A stretch of 59,853 nt of DNA, filler included, from 6 parts of 6 records of this genome joined end to end with filler, not necessarily neighbours in it, one strand, 5' to 3'. Shown: positions 34,458-46,459, counted from the first letter of the whole stretch. Notes: a model not told the origin generated them from the letters alone. Translations and numbers: made by a program.

Positions 34458-35618
34458 ATGTCCTCACCGATCACTGTGTACGAAGAGAAACTACGACATC
34501 AAGACATTCGTTTTGACGAACATCAGCAGGCGGCGCTGTTGGCGTTAGATGGTGTCTACAAAAACCTTATGGCGGCTCGCTCACAGAGCCGCGCTGTGGC
34601 CTCCTCTGACCTTCCATCTAATCCGGTGAAAGGGGTGTATCTATGGGGAGATGTGGGCCGTGGAAAGACCTTTTTAATGGATCTCTTTTACGAGTGTTTG
34701 CCAGAGGGGATGGGGTTAAGGCTGCATTTCCATCATTTTATGGCACGTTTGCACCGTGAACTTAATTTGGCGTTCGGTCAAAAGAACCCATTAGAAGGCA
34801 TTGCTAAGCGTTTAGCGACAGAGTGCAAGGTGTTGTGTTTCGATGAATTTTTCGTCTCCGACATTGGCGATGCCATGTTGTTAGGCGGGTTGGTCGAGTC
34901 GCTCTTTAAAGAGGGTGTCTTACTGGTTGCAACCTCTAATATTCCCGTAGAAGGCCTGTTCCAGAGCCAATTGCAAAAACAACGCTTTGAACCGTCGATT
35001 GCGTTATTGCAGCGCAACTTAGAGAGTATTCATCTGCATGGTGAAGAAGATCACAGGATGCGTCACAAGGGAACGGACCCTGTGTATTTTGTGCAAGATG
35101 AAAATGCCTTAGAGCTGGCTTTTTTAACCTTGTCTCATGGGCGGGTATCTTCGGCGCCGCTTAGCGTATGCCGCCGGGCCATTGCCGTTAGAAAGGCGTC
35201 TGACAATGTTGCTTGGTTTGATTTTTTTGACCTGTGTGATGGGCCGCGATCTTCTTTAGACTACATCGAACTGGCGCAGCGTTTTCCTTGTATTTTTGTG
35301 TCTGGTATTCCTGTATTAAGCAACGAACCCTACGAGCGGATAAAAGCGCGAGGTACGGAAGATGGTGCCATTGGGTCGGGGCAAACTGGTGAGCGGGTGG
35401 TGTCTTTGGGCATTAATGACGACGCAGTACGACGTTTTATTAGTTTGGTCGACGAATGCTATGACCATCAAGTGGTGCTGTATTTAAGTGCGGATGTGCC
35501 ATTGGCCTCTCTTTATCAAAATGGCGCCTTGTTGTTCGAATTTCGGCGAACTTACAGCCGTTTAACCGAAATGCAGTCCCTTCATTACCAATCGATTCGA
35601 GGTTATTTGGCTAAATAG
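34458..35618 (+). CDS. zapE: AFG1/ZapE-family ATPase
   Basis: GDVGRGKT, HFHHFM, CFDEF, TSN, RRFISLVDECYD. Confidence 0.9.
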   Translation: MSSPITVYEEKLRHQDIRFDEHQQAALLALDGVYKNLMAARSQSRAVASSDLPSNPVKGVYLWGDVGRGKTFLMDLFYECLPEGMGLRLHFHHFMARLHRELNLAFGQKNPLEGIAKRLATECKVLCFDEFFVSDIGDAMLLGGLVESLFKEGVLLVATSNIPVEGLFQSQLQKQRFEPSIALLQRNLESIHLHGEEDHRMRHKGTDPVYFVQDENALELAFLTLSHGRVSSAPLSVCRRAIAVRKASDNVAWFDFFDLCDGPRSSLDYIELAQRFPCIFVSGIPVLSNEPYERIKARGTEDGAIGSGQTGERVVSLGINDDAVRRFISLVDECYDHQVVLYLSADVPLASLYQNGALLFEFRRTYSRLTEMQSLHYQSIRGYLAK

Positions 35619-35719
35619 CGCGCGTTTGTCGCTTTTCTCCATTTTTTATGGCTTGATAAATAGGCTATCCGTAACCAAGATAGCGACTAAGACAATAACA
35701 TATGAAAAGGAGAGCGATC

Positions 35720-37093
35720 ATGTTGTACGAAGATCGCGTTGATGCGCTAGTCGCACCGAAAGGGGCATTGGAGATGTTATCGCAAGATGAGATATCTCGC
35801 ATGTCCGATGATTCTGGTTCACTTCATTCTTTATTCCGCAGCTGCGCATTGGCCATTTTAAACTGCGGCAGTGACTCCGATGACGCGAACGCCGTCATGG
35901 AAGAGTTCAAAGATTTTGATGTCCGTATTATTCAACAAGAGCGTGGCGTCAAACTGCAATTAAAAAATGCCCCAGCAAGCGCCTTTGTGGACGGCAAAAT
36001 GATCAGTAGCGTGCGCGAAATGTTGTTTAGCGTGCTGCGTGACATTATTTTTACTTATCACGAATACAATTTAGCGCGCGGCCTAGACTCGGCAAGCTCT
36101 GATAAAATCACCAATGTGGTATTTGAATTGCTGCGCAATGCCAATGTGTTTCGCCGTATTCAAAGCCCAGACATGGTGGTCTGTTGGGGAGGGCACTCGA
36201 TTGCTCGTAACGAATACGATTACACCAAGCGAGTAGGTCATCAACTTGGATTGCGTGAGTTAAATATCTGTACTGGCTGTGGGCCTGGCGCGATGAAAGG
36301 GCCGATGAAGGGCGCGGCCATAGCCCACGCGAAACAGCGAATTCATACCGGTGTTTACTTGGGGTTAACTGAGCCTGGCATCATAGCAGCAGAGTCACCT
36401 AACCCGATTGTGAACAAGCTGGTGATCATGCCAGACATTGAGAAGCGCCTAGAGGCCTTTGTTCGTACAGGACATGGCATCATTGTGTTTCCTGGTGGAG
36501 CGGGTACTGCTGAAGAAATTCTGTATATTTTAGGTATTTTGCTGCATCCCAAAAATGCCAATGTGCCTTTCCCATTGATCTTCACTGGACCAAAAGAAAG
36601 TGCGGATTATTTTGAGCAGATCCACGCTTTTATTGGTGATGTGTTAGGGAAAGAAGCGCAAGAGAAATACCAAATCATTATAGAAGATGAAGTGGCTGTG
36701 GCGCGTGCGATGAAGCAAGGCTTAGAAGACGTACGTCATTATCGTAAAGCGCACCAAGATGCCTTTTATTATAATTGGAAGCTGTTCATTCCAGAAGAAT
36801 TTCAGCATCCGTTTGAACCGACCCATGACAAAGTACGTGGCTTGAATTTGCACTTTGGTCAGGAAACGCATTTATTGGCGGCGGATTTACGTCGTGCTTT
36901 CTCGTCTATCGTCGCTGGTAACGTTAAGGCGCAAGGCGTGGCTTATATCAAAGAGTTTGGCCCTTTTGAAATCCACGGTGATAAATTGCTGTTGGAAAAA
37001 TTAGACGCGTTATTGCAGGCTTTCGTTACTCAGCAGCGCATGAAGTTGCCAGGCAGTGAATACATTCCTTGTTATAAGGTCGTGACTGGTTGA
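35720..37093 (+). CDS. ppnN: Nucleotide 5'-monophosphate nucleosidase (YgdH)
   Basis: VVCWGGHSI, TGCGPGAMKGPMKGA, PGGAGTAEE, GNVK. Confidence 0.95.
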   Translation: MLYEDRVDALVAPKGALEMLSQDEISRMSDDSGSLHSLFRSCALAILNCGSDSDDANAVMEEFKDFDVRIIQQERGVKLQLKNAPASAFVDGKMISSVREMLFSVLRDIIFTYHEYNLARGLDSASSDKITNVVFELLRNANVFRRIQSPDMVVCWGGHSIARNEYDYTKRVGHQLGLRELNICTGCGPGAMKGPMKGAAIAHAKQRIHTGVYLGLTEPGIIAAESPNPIVNKLVIMPDIEKRLEAFVRTGHGIIVFPGGAGTAEEILYILGILLHPKNANVPFPLIFTGPKESADYFEQIHAFIGDVLGKEAQEKYQIIIEDEVAVARAMKQGLEDVRHYRKAHQDAFYYNWKLFIPEEFQHPFEPTHDKVRGLNLHFGQETHLLAADLRRAFSSIVAGNVKAQGVAYIKEFGPFEIHGDKLLLEKLDALLQAFVTQQRMKLPGSEYIPCYKVVTG

Positions 37094-37120
37094 GTCGCTA
37101 GATTAAGTAACACGCGCAAC

Positions 37121-37148
37121 AAAAAAAAGGCCCAGTGCCTTTTTTTTT
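37121..37148. terminator. Bidirectional intrinsic terminator between ppnN and glsB
   Basis: A8-GGC-CCAGT-GCC-T-run between convergent genes. Confidence 0.75.
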
Positions 37149-37173
37149 ATTGCGCGATTAAGGTGGCTAAAGA

Positions 37174-38085
37174 TTAGCCAAAAACAGACCAGCCGATACT
37201 GTCTGAAAGGGCTTCTAAAGCCGCAATGCCTGCCAAGGAGTTGCCTGATGTATTTAATTCTGGCGACCAGACACACACCGAAAAGCGGTTTGGTACTATG
37301 GCAACAATGCCGCCACCAACACCACTTTTACCGGGTAATCCAACACGATAGGCAAAGTTTCCGGCTTCGTCGTATAAGCCGCTGGTGGCTAATAGTCCAT
37401 TGACCTGTTTGGCTTCACGAGCGCTGATGACTTGTTCGCCACTGTGCTGGCAATAGCCTTTGTTGGCTAAGAAGCTAAACGCTTTGGCCAAATCAACGCA
37501 ACTCATGCGCATGGCACAGTTATCAAAATAATTGTGCAGCACGTCTTCTACGTCATTATGAAAGTTGCCAAAGGCTTTCATTAAATACGCCATGGAGGCA
37601 TTGCGCGCACGAAACTCGTACTCTGAATTTGAGACGGTTTTATCGGAGGTTAACCCCTGGTTCCCCGATAAGCGGCGTATGTATTCACGCATGGCGTAGT
37701 GCGGCGAGGCAAAACGGGACTGATTCATGTCACTTACCACCAATGCGCCCGCATTGATGAAAGGGTTACGGGGAATGCCCGCCTCATACTCTAGTTGAAC
37801 AAGAGAGTTGAATGGGTTGCCGGATGGCTCACGCCCCACTCGTTGCCACATGTCTTCACCATAATGTTTCATAGCAAGCGTTAAGCTGAAGACCTTTGAA
37901 ATACTCTGTATCGAAAACTCAGTGTCCGCTTGTCCAGTGTGAAAAAGTTCACCACTGTTGCTATAGATGGCAATGCCAAATTGATTTGGGTCCACGTTGG
38001 CGAGTGCAGGGATGTAGTCAGCGACTTTACCGGCACCGATTAACGGGCGAACTTTTTGTTCTATGCTGTGTAGCAATTCATCCAC
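37174..38085 (-). CDS. glsB: Glutaminase
   Basis: [38 protein letters not shown]. Confidence 0.95.
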   Translation of the reverse strand: MDELLHSIEQKVRPLIGAGKVADYIPALANVDPNQFGIAIYSNSGELFHTGQADTEFSIQSISKVFSLTLAMKHYGEDMWQRVGREPSGNPFNSLVQLEYEAGIPRNPFINAGALVVSDMNQSRFASPHYAMREYIRRLSGNQGLTSDKTVSNSEYEFRARNASMAYLMKAFGNFHNDVEDVLHNYFDNCAMRMSCVDLAKAFSFLANKGYCQHSGEQVISAREAKQVNGLLATSGLYDEAGNFAYRVGLPGKSGVGGGIVAIVPNRFSVCVWSPELNTSGNSLAGIAALEALSDSIGWSVFG

Positions 38086-38197
38086 AGGTGGTTACCTATT
38101 TAATGCTTATCGAAAGGCGGGTTTATACAGAAAAATGATGCGTCACGATAGCGCTTGTCGGCGGGTGATGCCAACAAGCGTTTTCGTGTTCGAATGT

Positions 38198-39022
38198 TTA
38201 CTTATCTGGGTTTTGTTGTATCCATAGGGCGTGTTGTCTAATGATTTGCCCTGAGATAGTCACAGGGCTAGGAATATTCGGCAGATTATCGATATCCCAC
38301 CACGCGGCTTCTTCTATTTCGCCTGGCGCCGGTGTCAGTTCGCCGCCATCGTAATCGGCAAAGAAGCCGACCATTAACTGATGGGGAAAAGACCAAGGTT
38401 GGCTACTGGCATAGCGAATGTTTTTAACCTGTATGCCCACTTCTTCTTGGACTTCGCGGGCGACCGCTTGCTCTAACGTTTCACCGGCTTCAACAAAGCC
38501 TGCAATGTTGCTTTGCATGTCTGTTTGCATCTGTGTGCCTCTGGCGAGCAGTAGCTTATTGCCTTTTTTGACCGAGACTATGATGCAAGGTGAAATCCTA
38601 GGATAGTGGCGTAGATTACAGGTTGGGCAGATTTTAGTGTGTTCTGTGGTGTGCCTGTTGCGCATTTCTGTGCCGCAGCGACCGCAGAATCTGTGGTCTC
38701 TATCCCAGGTTGAAAGCTGGTGGGCGCGGCTCAGTAGAAGATAATTGGCTTCGTTTTGTAAGAAGAGTAATTCACGCAAGCCCATCTCGCGAAAGCCTCT
38801 GGGCATGTTTTCAAAACGGCACACAAACACATCTTGTCGTGAATCGTCTGCAGAAAGCCACTGACCGCAATACACAGCACGCATATTCGCGTCAGGCTGA
38901 AAAGCCGTAAAAGGAATAAGGAAACGTTCTTCTGATTCGATTAAAACTTGGTTTTTATGCAATAAAATATAAAGCGCATCCTGATGAGGAGTAGGGTGCG
39001 CATGGGTACCGATTTCTAACAT
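38198..39022 (-). CDS. nudC: NAD(+)/NADH diphosphatase
   Basis: FCGRCG/CPTC zinc ribbon, YPRISP, Nudix box, SQPWSFP. Confidence 0.95.
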   Translation of the reverse strand: MLEIGTHAHPTPHQDALYILLHKNQVLIESEERFLIPFTAFQPDANMRAVYCGQWLSADDSRQDVFVCRFENMPRGFREMGLRELLFLQNEANYLLLSRAHQLSTWDRDHRFCGRCGTEMRNRHTTEHTKICPTCNLRHYPRISPCIIVSVKKGNKLLLARGTQMQTDMQSNIAGFVEAGETLEQAVAREVQEEVGIQVKNIRYASSQPWSFPHQLMVGFFADYDGGELTPAPGEIEEAAWWDIDNLPNIPSPVTISGQIIRQHALWIQQNPDK

Positions 39023-39094
39023 GAGAAGGCTCTGTTGAGTGCAAAAAGATTACGCTAACGCGAAGCTCAGTTTGACGCAACAGAGTCGGTAGGA

Positions 39095-40120
39095 TTAATC
39101 CCAATTAAGGATAACTTTCCCTGATTGGCCAGATGCCATCGCCTCAAATCCTTCCTGAAACTGCGAAATAGGGAAGTGATGTGTCACAATCGGGCTAATA
39201 TCGAGACCAGATTGCAGCATGGCCACCATCTTATACCAGGTCTCATACATTTCTCGGCCATAGATACCTTTAATGATAAGCCCTTTGAAAATAACTTGGT
39301 TCCAATCAATGGTGGTTTCTTTGCCAGGAATGCCGAGCATGGCAATTTTGCCACCGTGATTCATGCATTCCAGCATGGATGAAAATGCAGCCCCATTGCC
39401 TGACATTTCTAGGCCCACATCAAAGCCTTCTGTCATGCCGACTTCTTTCATGACGTCTTTTAATGACTCTTGGCTAACATTGACGGTGCGAGTCGCGCCC
39501 ATTTTCTTTGCCAACTCTAAACGGAAGTCATTGACGTCGGTAATCACCACATTTCTTGCGCCAACGTGTTTGGCGATCGCGGCGGCCATGGCGCCGATTG
39601 GACCTGCGCCGGTAATCAATACATCTTCGCCCGTAAGGTCAAAAGACAAGGCCGTGTGTGTGGCATTACCAAATGGGTCGAAAATGGCTGCCATGTCATC
39701 GCAGATGTCGTCAGGGATTTTAAAAGCGTTACTGGCTGGGATCACTAAATACTCACCAAACGCGCCAGTTCGGTTAACCCCAACGCCTAATGTCTCACGG
39801 CATAAATGGCGTCGGCCTGCTCGACAGTTACGGCAATGACCACAAGTGATGTGACCTTCACCAGACACTCGATCGCCGATATGAAAGCCGTTTACTTCGG
39901 CGCCGATTTCAGCGATCTCGCCGACAAATTCGTGACCAACGGTCATTGGCACAGGAATGGTGTTCTGCGCCCACTCATCCCAATGGTAAATGTGCATGTC
40001 AGTACCGCAAATGGCGGTTTTATGTATTTTAATAACGACGTCGTTATGGCCGCATTCTGGGTATGGTGCGTCAGTCATCCAGATGCCTTTTTCTGCGTGT
40101 AGCTTGGCAAGCGTTTTCAT
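39095..40120 (-). CDS. tdh: L-threonine 3-dehydrogenase
   Basis: [34 protein letters not shown]. Confidence 0.97.
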   Translation of the reverse strand: MKTLAKLHAEKGIWMTDAPYPECGHNDVVIKIHKTAICGTDMHIYHWDEWAQNTIPVPMTVGHEFVGEIAEIGAEVNGFHIGDRVSGEGHITCGHCRNCRAGRRHLCRETLGVGVNRTGAFGEYLVIPASNAFKIPDDICDDMAAIFDPFGNATHTALSFDLTGEDVLITGAGPIGAMAAAIAKHVGARNVVITDVNDFRLELAKKMGATRTVNVSQESLKDVMKEVGMTEGFDVGLEMSGNGAAFSSMLECMNHGGKIAMLGIPGKETTIDWNQVIFKGLIIKGIYGREMYETWYKMVAMLQSGLDISPIVTHHFPISQFQEGFEAMASGQSGKVILNWD

Positions 40121-40131
40121 GGTGTGACTCC

Positions 40132-41328
40132 TTAAATAATGTTCAGGGAACGGCCAATTTTGGCGAAAGCATCAATCGCGTGATCAAGCTGCTCTTTGGT
40201 TAATGAGGCTGACATTTGAGTGCGGATTCTGGCTTTTCCCATAGGCACCACAGGGTAGGAAAAACCGGTGACATAAATCCCTTCTTGATAAAGTGCGTTG
40301 GCCATTTCCTTGGCTAATTTGGCGTCGCCAAGAATAACGGGAATGATAGGGTGGTCGCCGGGCACTAGGTTGAACCCTAATTGGCTCATCTTTTCTCTAA
40401 AATAAGCGCTGTTCGCTTTAAGTTGCAAGCGAGCGTCGTTGCCTTTTTTGATGAGCTCTAAAATTTCCAATGTGGTGGCGGTAATGACTGGCGCCAATGA
40501 GTTGGAAAATAAATAAGGGCGTGAACGTTGGCGCAACCATTCAACAATGGGTTTTGAGGCACTGGTGTAGCCGCCCGATGCGCCGCCTAAAGCCTTACCT
40601 AAAGTGCCGGTAATAATGTCTACTCGACCCATGACGTCGCAGTACTCATGGCTGCCGCGACCATTTTCACCTAAAAAGCCAACGGCATGAGAATCGTCAA
40701 CCATCACGAGAGCGTCGTATTGGTCGGCTAAATCACAAATGGATTTAAGGTCAGCAATAATGCCGTCCATGGAAAACACACCGTCGGTGACGATCAGTTT
40801 TGTTTTAGCCCCATCGGCGTCTGCTTGTTGTAGTTGCGCTTCTAGTTCTTGCATATTGTTGTTGGCGTAGCGGTAGCGTTTGGCTTTGCATAAACGAATC
40901 CCGTCAATGATGCTGGCATGGTTAAGAGCATCACTGATAATCGCGTCTTCACTATTCAGCAAGGTTTCAAATAAACCACCATTAGCATCAAAACAAGACG
41001 AGTAGAGTATGGTGTCTTCCATTTGTAAAAACTGGCTAATTTGGGCTTCTAATGTGGTGTGAATATTTTGTGTGCCACAGATAAAGCGCACAGACGCCAT
41101 ACCATAGCCAAAAGTATCTAGTGCTTCATGGGCTGCTTGTGTGACATCTTTATTGTTGGCAAGACCTAGATAGTTGTTGGCGCAAAGGTTGATCAAGCTA
41201 GCATTGTCGGCGGTGGTTACTTGGCTAGATTGCGGAGACGCTAACGCTCTTTCTTCTTTATAAAGGCCTTGTTCTTTTAGCTCTTCTAGCTGGCGCTCGA
41301 GGTTTTGAAAAAATGTAGATCGGTTCAT
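40132..41328 (-). CDS. kbl: 2-amino-3-ketobutyrate CoA ligase
   Basis: [38 protein letters not shown]. Confidence 0.97.
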   Translation of the reverse strand: MNRSTFFQNLERQLEELKEQGLYKEERALASPQSSQVTTADNASLINLCANNYLGLANNKDVTQAAHEALDTFGYGMASVRFICGTQNIHTTLEAQISQFLQMEDTILYSSCFDANGGLFETLLNSEDAIISDALNHASIIDGIRLCKAKRYRYANNNMQELEAQLQQADADGAKTKLIVTDGVFSMDGIIADLKSICDLADQYDALVMVDDSHAVGFLGENGRGSHEYCDVMGRVDIITGTLGKALGGASGGYTSASKPIVEWLRQRSRPYLFSNSLAPVITATTLEILELIKKGNDARLQLKANSAYFREKMSQLGFNLVPGDHPIIPVILGDAKLAKEMANALYQEGIYVTGFSYPVVPMGKARIRTQMSASLTKEQLDHAIDAFAKIGRSLNII

Positions 41329-41503
41329 GCTAATTCTCTCTTTAATGCTGCGATATGATGAAATTAAGTGTAGAAGGCTTGTTGGGTCTCGTGTAGATGC
41401 AGTGAAGTATCAAAATGACCGTAACAGTTTGTTTTCGATGGCTGGCTTTTTGTTAAAGCTGTCGCGTAGAATGAGCACAAATTTTAAGCAGAGAGACGAT
41501 TGA

Positions 41504-42574
41504 ATGTTATCTAAAGTACGTAGCAGTGTGCTGATCAGCACCATGATGATGAGTGTTGGGGTCAGTGCTCAGGATTATTTGCCGATTCTTCAATACCATC
41601 ATGTGAGTAAGACAACCCCTGCTTCTACCTCGCTTACGCCAGCTCAGTTTACCGAGCAGATGGATTACCTTAAAACCGCTGGTTTTCAAGTGGTTGATTT
41701 GAAAGACGCATTAGAGAAGTTGAAAAAACATCAGAGCTTACCTGATAAAGCGGTCGCGATTACTTTTGACGATGCGTATCGAGACATCTATCTAGGCGGT
41801 TTTCCTATTCTTAAGGAAAGAGGTTTTCCGTTCACCGTTTTTCTGAATACTAAGCCGATTGGACGAAATCATCACTTTTTGACTTGGCAAGACATTAAAG
41901 AGATGGAGAAGTCTGGTGGTGTGTTTGCCAACCATACGATCAATCATCCTTACATGTTAAGAAAAGAAGCGGGTGAAACCAACGATCAATGGTCAGCTCG
42001 TATGGCCCATGAAGTGGATACCGTAGAAACCATATTGAATGAGCAACTAGGGCATTCTCCTAAAATGTTGGCTTACCCTTATGGCGAGTCCAACGATGTA
42101 ATACGTGCACTGGTAAAAGAACGAGGACTTATGGCGTTTGGTCAGCAGTCCGGTGTGGTCAGTGCGGATTCTAACTTTGAAGATCTGCCACGTTTTCCGG
42201 CATCTGGACGTTTTGCCAAACTGTCTACTTTAAAAGTGAAGCTGGCGTCTAAGCCTATGCCTCTTCTTAATGAAGAAAGTGGCGGGGATTTTGCGACGGA
42301 TAAACCTGTGTCTATTCGTTTAACGTTTAAGCCGGGCAACTATCGCCTGAAAGATTTGGCCTGTTATGTCTCCGGCCAAGGCAAGGCGTCGTTGAACTGG
42401 ATAGAGAAGAACGAAGTCGTGGTTACTGCGCCCAGCGCATTTGGTGTTGGTCGTGGAAGAATTAACTGCACCATGCCAGATCAAAGTGCGAAGCATTATT
42501 ACTGGTATTCCAATGTTTGGATCCGTCCAGGGGCAGATCAGGGCTATGTAGTAGAAAAAGTTGGAAAAAGTTAA
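41504..42574 (+). CDS. Exported polysaccharide deacetylase (CE4)
   Basis: Signal peptide; ILQYHH, ITFDDAY, NHTINH, AYPYGE. Confidence 0.9.
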   Translation: MLSKVRSSVLISTMMMSVGVSAQDYLPILQYHHVSKTTPASTSLTPAQFTEQMDYLKTAGFQVVDLKDALEKLKKHQSLPDKAVAITFDDAYRDIYLGGFPILKERGFPFTVFLNTKPIGRNHHFLTWQDIKEMEKSGGVFANHTINHPYMLRKEAGETNDQWSARMAHEVDTVETILNEQLGHSPKMLAYPYGESNDVIRALVKERGLMAFGQQSGVVSADSNFEDLPRFPASGRFAKLSTLKVKLASKPMPLLNEESGGDFATDKPVSIRLTFKPGNYRLKDLACYVSGQGKASLNWIEKNEVVVTAPSAFGVGRGRINCTMPDQSAKHYYWYSNVWIRPGADQGYVVEKVGKS

Positions 42575-42592
42575 CTTTTTTTAAAAAAGATG

Positions 42593-42620
42593 TTGCACTG
42601 AAATCTCAAATCAGTATTAT
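42593..42620 (+). promoter_or_regulatory. Sigma70 promoter of the tRNA operon
   Basis: TTGCAC-16 nt-TATTAT with an A/T-rich UP element. Confidence 0.6.
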
Positions 42621-42636
42621 ACATCTCGCTCGCAAC

Positions 42637-42727
42637 GGAGGGGTGGCAGAGCGGTTTAATGCACCAGTCTTGAAAACTGGCGTAGGTTAATAGCCTACCG
42701 AGAGTTCGAATCTCTCCTCCTCCGCCA
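42637..42727 (+). tRNA. tRNA-Ser(TGA)
   Basis: Acceptor GGAGGGG/CTCCTCC, anticodon arm CCAGT-CTTGAAA-ACTGG, long variable arm, GTTCGAATC, CCA end. Confidence 0.97.
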
Positions 42728-42775
42728 TCTTCCTTTTAGGAAGGTTGTTGTGTTGTAAGCAAAGATAAAATTAGT

Positions 42776-42804
42776 TCCTCGATAGCTCAGTTGGTAGAGC
42801 AAAT
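42776..42804 (+). tRNA. 5' part of a tRNA (probably tRNA-Asn), truncated by contig end
   Basis: TCCTCGATAGCTCAGTTGGTAGAGC D-arm; anticodon missing. Confidence 0.75.
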
Positions 42805-42904
42805 NNNNNNNNNNNNNNNNNNNNNNNNNNNNNNNNNNNNNNNNNNNNTTAATTAATTAANNNNNNNNNNNNNNNNNNNNNNNNNNNNNNNNNNNNNNNN
42901 NNNN
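42805..42904. other. Artificial contig spacer
   Basis: N-run with TTAATTAATTAA. Confidence 0.99.
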
Positions 42905-43611
42905 CCCCAGCCAAGCTCGTAATAGGCCCAGTAACTGCCCATCGAGATGCCGGCGGTCAGAAAGATCCAGGCCGTCAGGGTCCAGGGCCGGACCCAACGG
43001 GCCCAGGCCGCGTCAATGCGGCCCTCGATCAAGGCGGCAATGGCGAAGGAGAAGGAAATCGAGAACCCGACATAGCCGAGATAGAGCAGCGGAGGATGGA
43101 TCGCCAGACCGATGTCCTGCAGGATCGGGTTGAGGTCATTGCCCTCGGCAGGCGCCGGATCAAGCCGCAGAAACGGGTTGGAAGTCAGCAGCACGAACAG
43201 CAGAAACGCCACAGTGATCCAGGCCTGAACCGAAAGCACATTGGCTTTCAACGTGTCGGGCAAATTCCGACCGAACAGCGCCACCAGGCCCGAAAACAAA
43301 GCCAGGATCAGCACCCAGAGCAGCATCGAGCCCTCGTGATTGCCCCAGACGCCGGTGATCTTGTAGATGAGCGGCTTGAGTGAATGCGAGTTTTCGACCA
43401 CGTTCTGGACCGAAAAATCAGATGTCACATAGGCGTTGGTGAGCGCCACGAATGAAATCGCGATCAGCATCAGGGAGGTTACCGCTGCCATCGGCCCGAC
43501 GGCCATCAGGCCCGCGTCGCGGCGGCGTGCGCCGATCAGCGGAACGACCGATTGAATGATCGCTGTCGCAAGCGCAAGGATCAATGCGAAATGGCCGATT
43601 TCAGTGATCAT
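42905..43611 (-). CDS. ccmF: Heme lyase CcmF (CycK), N-terminal part
   Basis: EIGHFAL, WGNHEGSMLLW, LNPILQD, HPPLLYLGY, GSYWAYYELGW. Confidence 0.96.
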
Positions 43612-43657
43612 GGCGTTCTCTCCTCACATGCCGTGACGGCATGTCCAATCGTCAGGC

Positions 43658-44128
43658 TTATTGTGTCTGCGTTGCGACCCCGGGTGTCGGATCACCTTCT
43701 TGCCAGACCCCTTGCGCCTTCAAAGAGTCTGCCACTTCCTTGGGCATGTAGTTCTCGTCATGCTTGGCAAGCACCGAGTCAGCCAGGAAGGTTCCTTCCT
43801 CCGGAGAGAACGTACCTTCGGTTACCACGCCCTGCCCTTCGCGAAACAGGTCGGGCAGGATGCCGACATAGCGCACCTTGACCGAAGCATTGGTGTCGGT
43901 CACCTGGAACGTCACTGCCGAATTCTGGCCACGTTCAACCGACCCTTCCTCGACCAGTCCACCAAGCCGCACACGGGTACCGGGTGCCAGATGTTGGGCC
44001 AGCACATCGGTGGGTGAATTGAAGAACACGATTTGTTCACGCAATGCACTGGTGACAAGAGCGGCGGATGCGGCCAGAAAAACCGCACCGCCCGCGATGA
44101 TCGACAATCGTTTTTGCTTGCGGTTCAT
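43658..44128 (-). CDS. ccmE: Heme chaperone CcmE (CycJ)
   Basis: [23 protein letters not shown]. Confidence 0.97.
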   Translation of the reverse strand: MNRKQKRLSIIAGGAVFLAASAALVTSALREQIVFFNSPTDVLAQHLAPGTRVRLGGLVEEGSVERGQNSAVTFQVTDTNASVKVRYVGILPDLFREGQGVVTEGTFSPEEGTFLADSVLAKHDENYMPKEVADSLKAQGVWQEGDPTPGVATQTQ

Positions 44129-45744
44129 TGCCCCTCCAGAGCAGGTTCAAGGCCGAGCTCGGCAGCGAGGCTCGCCAAAGCACGGCCACCTTCGCTTTCG
44201 CCCGGAAATGTTTGACCGGCTCGTTCAAGAGCGGTTGTTGCCGCGGCACGGTCACCCATGACCGAGTACGACCGGACCAGCCGAAGCCAACCGTCCAGAT
44301 TGTCCGGGCTCTCGGCCAGTTTGGAGTCCAGCGATTCGACCATGGTGCGGATCATCGCCACCCGGTCCTCAACAGACATTTCAGCCGCTGCAGCAACATC
44401 GGCCTTGCTCGGGCCGGCCATTGCAGCCGGCGCAGAGTCCGCAGTTTCGGCCGCCGGTGCTTCGGTCGGACCCGCGTCGGCCGGTGGCAGGATGAACGGT
44501 GTTTTTGCGACGCCTGTCGGCAGACCAGCGGGCGTATCTTGGGTGGAGGCAGCAGGCGCCATCGGCAGGCCGCCAAGCGTCGGCGTTTCGGTCAGGCCAA
44601 GGTCTTTGGCAATCGCACTCAATTGCTGGTTTTCCGGGCTGGCGGGAGCGAACACCGCAAACGCGCGATCCAGCGCCGCTTGCGCCTTTTCGCGATTTCC
44701 GGTCACAACGTGCGAGCGTACCAGCCGCAGCCACCCGGCAACATTGTTGGGGTTTTCGACAAGTTTGGCTTCAAGGTTTTCGATCATCGACGCGATCATT
44801 GCCTGCCGGTCTTCCGCACTCATGTCCTGTGCGGCGGCGATGTCAGCTGCGGTCGGGTTTGCCGGCGCTGCCGCCCCTGCCCCGGACAAAGGCCCAGCCG
44901 TGGTACCTGGCTGCAAGGACGCAAGCTGGCTTTGCACCGCAGATATCCACGGCGCATCGGCCGGCGCAGTCTCAAGCATGCCATTGAAGGCTGCACGGGC
45001 TTCGCTTGTCCTGCCCGATTGCGCCAGGGCCACGGCCAGAAAGAACTGCGGTTTCGGATCGCTGGAATCAAGTTCCCGGGCGGTCTGGAAGGCCAGTTTG
45101 GCTTCTTCCGTGACGATGCCACCTGAAGCCGAGAACAAGGACTCGCCAAGACTGGCAAGCCTTGCCGGCGACGGGCCCAGAATGGAGATCGCTTTCCTGA
45201 ACGCGGTCGCGGCTTCCTCGTATTTTCCCGTGCGCAGATAGATCGGACCGAGAACGTCCCAGCCGCGGCCATCGTCAGGATTGTCCACCAGGTGCTGTTC
45301 CGCCCTGGAAATCAGCATGGCGATGTCGTTGGCCTGTGGATCCGCCTGCAAACGCGCGGAAAGCGGCAATTGCGGCAAACCGGGTCTGCCGAGTTCGAGA
45401 TAGGCGGTGAGCGCGGCGATCGGCATGAAAAGCGCCATCAGGATGACAGCAATCCGGCGCAATCCGCGATTGGTGGCAAGTCCGCCTGCAGGATTTGCCG
45501 TCTCGCTCTTTCGCGCGGCACCCAGCAGTCGACGGGATATCTCGGTTTTGGCCACCTCGGCCTGAACCGGGTCCACCAGACCGTCGGCGACATCACGATC
45601 GACCTCAATCAACTGATCGCGATAGACTTCGATATCATGCAGTTCGGGCGCGTCGGACGCCTCGGAACGAGCGCGCACCACCGGCCTCAGCAAGGCCAGG
45701 GTCGCAACGGCAGTCATGACAGCGGCGATTACCCAGAATAACAT
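44125..45744 (-). CDS. ccmI: Cytochrome c biogenesis protein CcmI (CycH) with a duplicated C-terminal module
   Basis: [19 protein letters not shown], TPRs, two copies of GWLRLVRS. Confidence 0.92.
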   Translation of the reverse strand: MLFWVIAAVMTAVATLALLRPVVRARSEASDAPELHDIEVYRDQLIEVDRDVADGLVDPVQAEVAKTEISRRLLGAARKSETANPAGGLATNRGLRRIAVILMALFMPIAALTAYLELGRPGLPQLPLSARLQADPQANDIAMLISRAEQHLVDNPDDGRGWDVLGPIYLRTGKYEEAATAFRKAISILGPSPARLASLGESLFSASGGIVTEEAKLAFQTARELDSSDPKPQFFLAVALAQSGRTSEARAAFNGMLETAPADAPWISAVQSQLASLQPGTTAGPLSGAGAAAPANPTAADIAAAQDMSAEDRQAMIASMIENLEAKLVENPNNVAGWLRLVRSHVVTGNREKAQAALDRAFAVFAPASPENQQLSAIAKDLGLTETPTLGGLPMAPAASTQDTPAGLPTGVAKTPFILPPADAGPTEAPAAETADSAPAAMAGPSKADVAAAAEMSVEDRVAMIRTMVESLDSKLAESPDNLDGWLRLVRSYSVMGDRAAATTALERAGQTFPGESEGGRALASLAAELGLEPALEGQ

Positions 45745-46009
45745 GTGGCTTCAATATCCGAGCATTGTTAGTTTTCCAACTGCAATCGGCTTCGAAAACC
45801 CGATTGGGGCGATTGGTCGCGTATAAGGCATCCAGACTGCGATCAGCCGCGACCTTGAGCCATTCTCCATGGCCCTGCATCAAGCGTCACCCCAGCATCT
45901 CACCGTCAGGCAGAACGTTACCAGTTTTCCGACGTCTACAAGTTACGATGAAACCTACCAACGATGAAGAATATCGCAGTGATTCAGATCAATACGGGAA
46001 AGACCGAAA

Positions 46010-46459
46010 TCAGCCCAGAGGGGTCCAGCTGCCGTCATCGTTACGACAGGCGGCGCCCTGCCCTTTCACCGGGGTTCCCTTGATCGTCGCGGTGTGGGTG
46101 TACTGACGGCAATTTTGCTGTCCCACCTGATAAGGGGTTCCGGCAGACACCTGACCAGCAGTTCCGCCGGTCTGGCTTTTCCACGCAATGACCTGCCCAA
46201 GCGGCGCCTTTTCAAGAGCCTGATACTCTGCTTCCAGAGCGCGTAACCGGTCCGGCCCTGTCAAGCCGCTGGCAGCATCCTGCGGCAGGATCCCGCCGTT
46301 CAGCGACGCAAGAATCTTCTCGCTTCCGGCAATTTTCGGCGTCGAGATCGGTGCGAACGACAAGGGCCGCACAGTGCCCGCGCCGGTGCAGCCGGCAACC
46401 ACCACCGAAAGGCAGGCAACAATGCCGAATTTCACCAGGCCCGTGTTGGAATATGCCAT
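46010..46459 (-). CDS. RT0821/Lpp0805-like (17-kDa antigen) surface lipoprotein
   Basis: Lipobox VAGC; ALEAEYQALE, CRQYTH, ACRNDDGSW. Confidence 0.8.
   Translation of the reverse strand: MAYSNTGLVKFGIVACLSVVVAGCTGAGTVRPLSFAPISTPKIAGSEKILASLNGGILPQDAASGLTGPDRLRALEAEYQALEKAPLGQVIAWKSQTGGTAGQVSAGTPYQVGQQNCRQYTHTATIKGTPVKGQGAACRNDDGSWTPLG

Noticed and set aside
35320-35430. RIKARGTEDG insertion in ZapE
   Set aside because: I recognise it as a common feature of a gammaproteobacterial ZapE subfamily
42637-42804. tRNA-Ser as an integration site
   Set aside because: Followed directly by another tRNA; no integrase or att duplicate visible
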